Assembly (NCBI RefSeq): GCF_001194135.2 | Contig: NC_068987.1 | Span: forward strand, 681,757-731,687 | Direction: 5' to 3' | Length of the DNA stretch: 49,931 nucleotides | Source: Octopus bimaculoides | Lineage: Eukaryota | In this document: positions 42,366-49,931 of the stretch, piece after piece | Numbering within the stretch: the first letter of the stretch is position 1 | How the letters are laid out: each line of letters begins with the position of its first letter | The notes under the pieces: generated by a model | Told to the model about the DNA's origin: nothing | Databases searched by the model: none | The model's input: only the letters and a program-made list of their open reading frames with translations | Position numbers and translations under genes: made by a program

Positions 42366-43365
42366 TATGTTTGTGTGGCGTGGGGTAGATTTATATGTGT
42401 GCTACTCTGACTTCTCTCCACCTTGTAGACATGAATCTGTGCCAAATTATAGTAGAGAATTACATAGAATTATGCCTTCATTATAAGATACACACTCATT
42501 AGCACGCAAGCGCGCGCACAGACACACTTATGTAAATTTTAAAATATTTTATTATTTATTAAATTATGGATACAGTAGTGTCAGCGCTAACCAGCGATGG
42601 GGAATAAACGAACTTCAGGTTAGTTAAAATATGTTTGTGACATATTTCAACTTCGAAAGATAAATATACTGCAGTTTCCTTATGGGAAACATAAAGGTTC
42701 GTTTTTGGTAAAATGTAAAGAACGCCATATTTGCCCAGTGCCTTCCTCTCGCAGGCTCCCAGATGTGTTTCTGGTTTCTTGGACTTCCTCAGTAGAAGGG
42801 GCAACCCTGGGCAGATTCTAAAGCTGCAGGGGCAGACAACGAACAGATATGGTGTTTTTACACCTTTTACCATATGTGAGAATTTTTTCTCCATTGTTGC
42901 TGCGGTGAATTTGCTTTCAGATGTTGTACGATGTTACAAACTTATTTGAACAGAACTGAAGTTCGTAAATTATATACAAATACTATAAATAGATACGTTT
43001 ATCATATCGTTTCATAAAGGAATGAAATGAGCATTTAAAACGAACACTAGGTGTTTCTATTTCCCCTTCGTTTTCCATCAACGATTTTGTTGTCAAGTCG
43101 TTTGCAATCATAGATGTCGACCGTAACATAGGTAACGCATCTATAGCTGCGATGCTGAGTAAATATGAAATTTTAAGTAAAAGAAAAAGACAAACGAGGA
43201 TCCTACTCAGGAAAGTTGAAGAGACAAGACATGAGACAGTCGGCGCACATTCGTCACTAGAACATGCATATAGAGTATACAATTTTAAACACATAGAACC
43301 TACACACACATACATCTACCTATACATACACTAGACATCCATACACACACACACACACATAAACA

Positions 43366-43400
<35 letters not shown>

Positions 43401-43738
43401 AGTAAAGTTTATTTGCCAACAGAACGAGGCGGTCCTATAAAGGACGATGTTACCGGTATTTAAGCCCCAGGAAAACGTCTTTTCCAGCTGGTTATCGACA
43501 CACAGTCTGTGTCCCTATAGTGTTTGCAAGGGAGGTCATCACTCCTATCTCCAGCCTTACGTGATACTCACAGACCATGGTTTCTGAGTGTATACCCGTC
43601 CTCATTGGGAGACAATCACTGGCTGTCGATGAAAGCTTTCTCCACTCGCAAACGCTATATGTTCTTTAAGTCACTGACCTCGTATAGAGAAAAAACCCAA
43701 CTTTTTTAAATCTCTCAGCGAGAGATATACAGTAACAG

Positions 43739-43807
<69 letters not shown>

Positions 43808-44464
43808 TACATATAGATATACCTATACACAGACATACACTTTTATACATGTACGTATATGTATGAACTGACGTGTTTCTATATCCATTCAAGGTTTTTC
43901 GTAATTTCTGTCAGTCTTCGGAGAAGTGATTAAATTTACCACGTTTGTAAAGTCTACTTGTTACTGCGCGGTCTTGTTTCCCCTTTGAGAGGTCACTCAT
44001 ATTGAAATAAAGTGCTAAATACTTATGATATGCAAATTAGTTGCTCGAGTTCTCTGAAGTTAAGGAATTGTTGTGTGTAAAAGCTGACTGGCAGCTTATT
44101 TCTCTGGGATTAGTCAAATGATGTAGACACGTCGGATGACTAATAGTATTCTACTACTAGTGATGCTGGACACTATGTTGCAAGATGCTATCTGTACAAG
44201 TCGTATCTCGGTGAAACATTATATCGGCAATAAAAGTCTAAATACAAATTCAAAAGATTTCATTATCGCAAAGAGAGTCAGTTATAAAACAAGGTTGAAT
44301 TATTGGAAGGTCGATGTCTCCAGTCGAGAGAAATGTAGAAAATATTAATGAACGAAACATGTGTTGCCCAATTACTGATAAAGCGCCTTAAATTCGAATT
44401 ATTTTTTCCAACAACGCCAGGGTCACCCACATAGACAATATCGATGCGCAGAGGGACAGCAACA

Positions 44465-44639
44465 GAGAGAAAGTTGTGATGAAAGAGTACAGCAGGGTTC
44501 GCCACCCAGCCCCTGCAAGAGCCTCGTGGAGCTTTGGGTGTTTTCGCTCAACAAACACTCACAACGCCCTGTTAGGGAATCGAAACCGCGATCCTACGAC
44601 CGCGAGTCCGCTGCCCTAACCACTGGGCCATTGCGCCTC

Positions 44640-44642
<3 letters not shown>
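44465..44642 (-). mobile_element. tRNA-derived SINE (family C), 5' portion, well preserved
   Basis: Minus strand GTGGAGGCGCAATGGCCCAGTGGTTAGGGCAGCGGACTCGCGGTCGTAGGATCGCGGTTTCGATTCCC carries a Pol III A box (TGGCCCAGTGG) and a B-box-like GGTTTCGATTCC. A non-tRNA body follows. It resembles the octopus tRNA-derived retroposons (OK/OR type). Confidence 0.85.
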
Positions 44643-44672
<30 letters not shown>

Positions 44673-44899
44673 AAAGACACATATAAACGTAACACGGCAC
44701 ACACACACATGCAAACAGAAATTACACAGACACGTATGGATACACAACCTCACAAACACAAGTGCATACACGCGTACATACACACATACATATATACACA
44801 GTGAACACACACATGTGAACACACACATGTGAACACACACACAGGAGCACACTTATTATGATACACACACACGCAAGCACACTTATTAAGACACACAGA

Positions 44900-44931
<32 letters not shown>

Positions 44932-45967
44932 GCAATCTTTTTAGAACATTACAATAGAAATACGAGACACATATTTTACAAATATTTTCATAGTTAAAAG
45001 TAAAACTCATTTCTTGCTTAGCTGGTTCTTCTCTTCCACGTCAATTAACAAACGAGATTTTGTCGAATGCGAATCTAAAGTTACTGACGACCGACTTGAA
45101 TGATCAACGACCAACAAGTCGTCTTACTCAACTCGAAACTCTCAAATTCACTCTTTCTTTATTTGACTTTATTCATTCTTATTCTTTACACACAATTTGT
45201 TATCTCTCCGTAAACATTCAATTACTGGCTGGGAGTATGTGCGTGTGAGCGTGTGTATAAATATAGCAATACATACCACACACATATATACACATATATA
45301 TATGTATATTTATTTGTATATATATATATATATNNNNNNNNNNATATATATATGTATATATATATATATTCATAAATTTATATATGCATGTATATATATA
45401 TACATATGTGGATGTATGGATATGTATGCATATGTATACATAAATGCGTGTATACACACACACACAAACACGTATATATAAATAAATATGTTTAAGTTAT
45501 TGGATGGTTTTTTTTTTCTTTTGTTGTTTTTCCAATAAAACAATTATTGTCTGTGATCACAGTTATTCACACGCATTTAGACACGCGTGTGCACACACAC
45601 ACATAGAGACACGATCGCGTACACTCATGTCTACGAATACATAAGTGTAGCATATGTTCGTATATATACTTACGCGCACACACACACACACAAACACACA
45701 TACATAAATATGTATATGTGTGTATGTATCTGTGCATACATACATAGGTACGCCCTTCCCTCTCTCTCTGCCTCTCTCTCTCTGCCTCTCTCTCTCTTTC
45801 TCTCTCTCTCTCTCTTTATCTATTTATCTATCTATCTATCTATCTACACACACATATTTACTTCTATATAGTTGTGTATGTGTATGTGTAACAAAGCACA
45901 ATAGACGTATCTATCACACGCGTGTCGTTAAAATTGTGTGTATATTAATATATTTTTTGTGCATATA

Positions 45968-46009
<42 letters not shown>

Positions 46010-46274
46010 GATGTTTACTATCATATATACATATATGTATGTATGTGTGTGTGAGTTTGTGTGTGTATGCATATGTATGTTTACGTAAAAAGTTTGTATG
46101 TATGAATTTTTTCGTTGGTGTGTCGTGTCTACCGGGTACTCTAGGCCGTTTATCATATTGAGTGTGTTAAGAATCAATTGTGAAACACTGAACCTTGTAA
46201 TAACTCTCTAATTTCCAAACATCTGCAAGACAATGATGAAATACTTCTGATAATTATATCTATGTACTTACATA

Positions 46275-46332
<58 letters not shown>

Positions 46333-46537
46333 AATACATACAAGCATACGAACACACGCATACATACATACACATTACTGGCAATTATTATTATTATTAT
46401 CATTATTATCATTATTATTACTGTTAATCTGAAAGATAGTTCTTAATTACCGGTTGTTCCTCACTTGAAAGCAGACAACAACAAATCCCCAAAGGTTTCA
46501 AGTAGTGCCTTCTGTGACTCAAAGAGACAATACTTTA

Positions 46538-46710
46538 CTTAGAATGCGAGCTGAATCCCATCTGGGCCAGGCGCTTTCCTGTTAGTAATTCTCCTGCACT
46601 TCGTCAGGCAGGGCAGTCTTGTGCTTGCGTTTCCTTAGTATCTCCAGTGATGCTTTAAATGTATCTTTTTTCGGTCCACCTTGAGTGCGCTTGCCTTCCG
46701 CCAGTTCACA
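46538..46710 (-). pseudogene. RTE/BovB-clade LINE ORF C-terminal fragment
   Basis: Minus strand reads ELAEGKRTQGGPKK-DTFKASL (cf. GEL..GKRS.GGQKKR.KDTLKASL), then WPRW..ARI, a decayed CPxC...ARIG zinc-finger region. Confidence 0.8.
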
Positions 46711-46945
46711 TGAGGCTTACGGAGCCTTTCAGCAAGACAGCAGGTCGGCTTCCAAGGAGCATCCGACAACACCATCAAAAACAAGAGCTCAGGGAGACGA
46801 AGCATTCCTGGTTCAGCACCAAGACTGATGAGATGCAAACGTACGCTGAGTGCAACAACTGCAACTGTTTAGTGCCGACGAGACCACTCTCCTCACCGAG
46901 GAAGAAAAAAAAGGCCATTTTGGAAAGGTGGATAGAGCATTTCAA
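46708..46945 (+). pseudogene. RTE/BovB-clade LINE EN-RT linker fragment, inverted relative to the adjacent piece
   Basis: HEAYGAFQQDSRSASKE; LRETKHSWFSTKTDEMQTYAE; LFSADETTLLTE; AILERWIEHF (cf. LREMQDSWLSAKADEIQ.YAD...LLSADG.TLIT.K..ILERWAEHF). Confidence 0.8.
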
Positions 46946-47062
46946 GAAGCTGATCATTCTAACAAACGACCACGCATCCCTCTGCGTTTCGTGTAAGGTT
47001 GCACAGATCTTGAATGAATTTGAACAGAGGTTTGGTGGTTTAATCCTGTCCTGGGGCTAAAC

Positions 47063-47267
47063 AATAATCCTTTCTACTATAGGCACAAGGCTTGAAATTT
47101 TGGTGGGAGGGGGTTAAATCGATTACATTGATCCCAGTACGCAACTGGTGCTTAATTTATCGATCCCGAAAGGATGAAAGGCAATTTGAACTCAGAACGT
47201 AACGACGGGTGAAACAACGCTAAGCATTCCGTCCAGCGTGCTAACGATTCTGCCATTCCCGCCGCCC
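47063..47267 (-). mobile_element. SINE family A, near full length
   Basis: Minus strand GGGCGGCGGGAATGGCAGAATCGTTAGCACGCTGGACGGAATGCTTAGCG...GTTCTGAGTTCAAATT...AGTAGAAAGGATTATT; collinear with 49530-49712. Confidence 0.88.
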
Positions 47268-47474
47268 GAACACAACCATTCCATTAGTTAGCAATGTTAT
47301 TACGCAGATTCCCTATTAAATGCTAATCTTTATTTTTATTTAACTTAAATCCGCCTTCAGCTCCCATTCAGCTCCTGACTATTTTTATCCGACATGAAAA
47401 GTAATCCTTGTCGTCGACTATCACAGCGTCACTGTAGACGAATCAACGAGCTGGCCTCTATGCGGTCAGTGTTA

Positions 47475-47600
47475 TGGCAAAAGAGATCGGTAGAATAAGT
47501 ACCAGGCTTAAAAATAAGTCGTAACGTCGATTCGTTCGAGGTCAACCCGTCCAGGAAGTGCCTCAGCATGGCTGCAGTCGGATGACTGAAACAAGTAAAA
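47475..47600 (+). mobile_element. SINE family B 3' fragment
   Basis: GGCAAAAGAGATCGGTAGAATAAGTACCAGGCTTAAAAA...CAGCATGGCTGCAGTC..ATGACTGAAACAAGTAAAA matches 17780-17908. Confidence 0.8.
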
Positions 47601-47832
47601 CAGAAGGGATCTAAAAGACATCATGAATAGCTCTAACAGCAGTTCTTCCGAACTGGAGATGACCTGCGGTTAACCAAGAGAATATTTATGAGAGAGAGAG
47701 AGAGAGGTGGGGTAGGGCGTGTTGGATGGTGTATACGTTATGTGTATATATGAGTTTGAAAACTGTATACGTCAGTGAGGCCTGTGTTGTGGAAGTTGCA
47801 TGTATGTCTGCTTGTGTATACCGTTGTGTATA

Positions 47833-47879
<47 letters not shown>

Positions 47880-48265
47880 GGCAACAAGCAAGCTTTGTTT
47901 CACCAGTAGAAAATATCTGCAGATGAAAAAAAAAACGAAAATTCATCTGTAAGAGAAAGGTAATTCAGAGATGTATATGAGGCGGTGTATATAAAGATAT
48001 GTATGAATGTATGATGTATATTTTGGTATGTATATACATCCGCATGCATCCATACACGAAAACACATACAATCATACACGTATACACACACACAGAGACA
48101 CACATATATACGTATATACACATCCATACATATGTTTGTATGTATAATATATTACATTAATATTTCTAAGTTGTGCGAAGACCGACAGCACTTTTCATTA
48201 TATATACAAAAATATTATAAACAACAGCTGCAACTGACATCACACACACACACGCACACACACAC

Positions 48266-48267
<2 letters not shown>

Positions 48268-48322
<55 letters not shown>

Positions 48323-48368
48323 GTTGTTGTTGTTGTTGTTATTATTATTATTATTATTGTTGTTGTTG

Positions 48369-48400
<32 letters not shown>

Positions 48401-48415
48401 GTTGTNNNNNNNNNN

Positions 48416-48447
<32 letters not shown>

Positions 48448-48505
48448 GTTGTTGTTGTTGTTATTATTATTATTATTATTATGATTATTATTATTATTGT
48501 TGTTG

Positions 48506-48545
<40 letters not shown>

Positions 48546-48555
48546 CATCATCGCT
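48268..48555. repeat. Interleaved (TTA)n/(TTG)n microsatellite with a 10-N gap
   Basis: Direct reading. Confidence 0.95.
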
Positions 48556-49529
48556 TGTTGTAGTGGCTATTGTTGCTGCCGTTCGTGTCTCTGCTATTAT
48601 CTCGAAGATGCTGAATTAGCAGAAACGCTACCCGCCTTCGTCTAAATCACGGCCTCTTGTGGTGATGTTTTCATCTCTCATCTTTCCGTTGTTATTTCTT
48701 TGAACGAATCTCGATTCGGTGAGAAAAGAAATATTAATGGTAGCCGGCAGGTGGCACTATCTACCTGGCGGTCACTGACCAGTCATCTGATGAGATTTAC
48801 CTGTAGTTAACTGACTAAAAGTTAGCTATAGCGTTTAGCTTGCGGTAAATGACTGTAGGGCACGTGTGGTCCTTCACCTGGCACTGATTGTCTAAACTTC
48901 ACCTGGTTGTATTTACTCAGTGGTAACTGACTGTAGGAAAACTGGTGAGTGACTGAATGTCCACTGGCAGTAATTCGTTGCAGGTAAGATGGTAATTACC
49001 TGATGGCGGTTGAGTAATTCTAATAATATGTCATTGATAATAACTGTTTGATAAACTGACGTGAGTGACCGTTGATGATTGACTGATAAAAGCCAATTTA
49101 CCGTCATTAATTGACTAATGATCATTGACGCATGACGATTTATTTCAATAGATCAATTGTAATACACAAAAGATTGCCTAATGTCGTTGGTTGATTAATG
49201 AATGATTTTAGGTATTGATTAATGGTGATTGATTTTAGGTAACTGGTTGTTAGTAATCACGTACAATAAATTGCGACACACAGACGGAATACAACTGCTG
49301 ATCATCGAATGATGGTGGCGCTTGATTAATGGTGACTGATTAGTACTGGCAATCATATTCAGTTCTTGTATTCGCCTGTTAGTCATTCACAGATTGCGAT
49401 TTTCTTCTATGACAGATTTTAAGTAATCAGTCCCCTAAAATCGTTATCTTTATCCCTACACAAATTAAGACTTACAGTCAAATAAATGGAGAAAAGAAAT
49501 ACTAATTTCGATATTTATATGTTCGCATA

Positions 49530-49712
49530 GCGGGGAAAATACTTAGCGGCGTTTCGTCCGTCTTCACGTTCTGAGTTCAAATTCTGCCGAGGTCGAATTT
49601 GCCTTTTATCATTTCGGGGTTGATAAAATATTAGTTGAGTACTGGGGTCGATCTAATCGAATTTCCCCCTCACCTGAATTTCAGGCCTGGTGCTATAGCA
49701 GAAAGGATTATT
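49530..49712 (+). mobile_element. SINE family A, slightly 5'-truncated, ending in an (ATC)n/(ATT)n tail
   Basis: ACTTAGCGGCGTTTCGTCCG...TTCTGAGTTCAAATTCTGCCGAGGTCG...GTACTGGGGTCGAT...GCAGAAAGGATTATT; inverted homologue of 47063-47267. Confidence 0.88.
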
Positions 49713-49722
49713 ATCATCATCC

Positions 49723-49771
<49 letters not shown>

Positions 49772-49789
49772 ACTCATCATTATTATTAT

Positions 49790-49931
49790 TACTATTATTA
49801 TTATTATTTTATGTCTGACTTTTGTTTTGCATTTGTACAAGTTGGATCCAAGTCTCACCCAGAGACCTCAAGAGACAACAAGTTAGAAGTTCATGTAGGT
49901 GTTATGCCTAGGGTACCATATATTTGGATTT
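49790..49931 (-). mobile_element. Probable 3' UTR of an R4/Dong-like non-LTR element with (TAA)n tail; runs off the window end
   Basis: Minus strand ...GAGGTCTCTGGGTGAGACTTGGATCC...AAAAGTCAGACATAAAATAATAATAAT. The family call rests on recall of similar 3' ends plus the TAA tail; no coding part lies in the window. Confidence 0.45.

Noticed and set aside
44570-44642. tRNA-like sequence on the minus strand
   Set aside because: It has A and B boxes but a non-canonical anticodon arm and T-loop, and it continues into a SINE body. It is a SINE head, not a tRNA gene.

Overview
AT-rich, microsatellite-saturated eukaryotic DNA from a draft assembly: 12 N-gaps totalling about 2.8 kb, almost all flanked by simple repeats. 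The SINE/LINE content resembles what I recognise from octopus (cephalopod) genomes; this attribution is an inference. I can support no intact host gene, rRNA, true tRNA or CRISPR array. Nearly all ORFs in the supplied track are microsatellite or N-gap artefacts, so the window reads as intergenic or intronic. Recognisable content is decayed retroelements. (i) An L1/Tx1-clade element at 11.3-12.4 kb (-) whose putative ORF1 start is joined directly to the ORF2 C-terminus, plus a second Tx1 C-terminal scrap at 39.0 kb (+). (ii) An RTE/BovB-type element at 46.5-46.9 kb made of two oppositely oriented pieces. (iii) An R4/Dong-like 3' end with a (TAA)n tail at 34.6-34.9 kb. (iv) CR1-like and other RT fragments and a dozen SINE copies. 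Notable non-coding structures are a 185-bp near-perfect palindrome (6.9-7.1 kb), a 378-bp inverted duplication (32.7-33.1 kb) and a nested hairpin (35.0-35.1 kb). I found no convincing novel biological system; the best leads are rearranged retroelements and fold-back DNA. All family names rest on motif recognition by eye, not on database searches.
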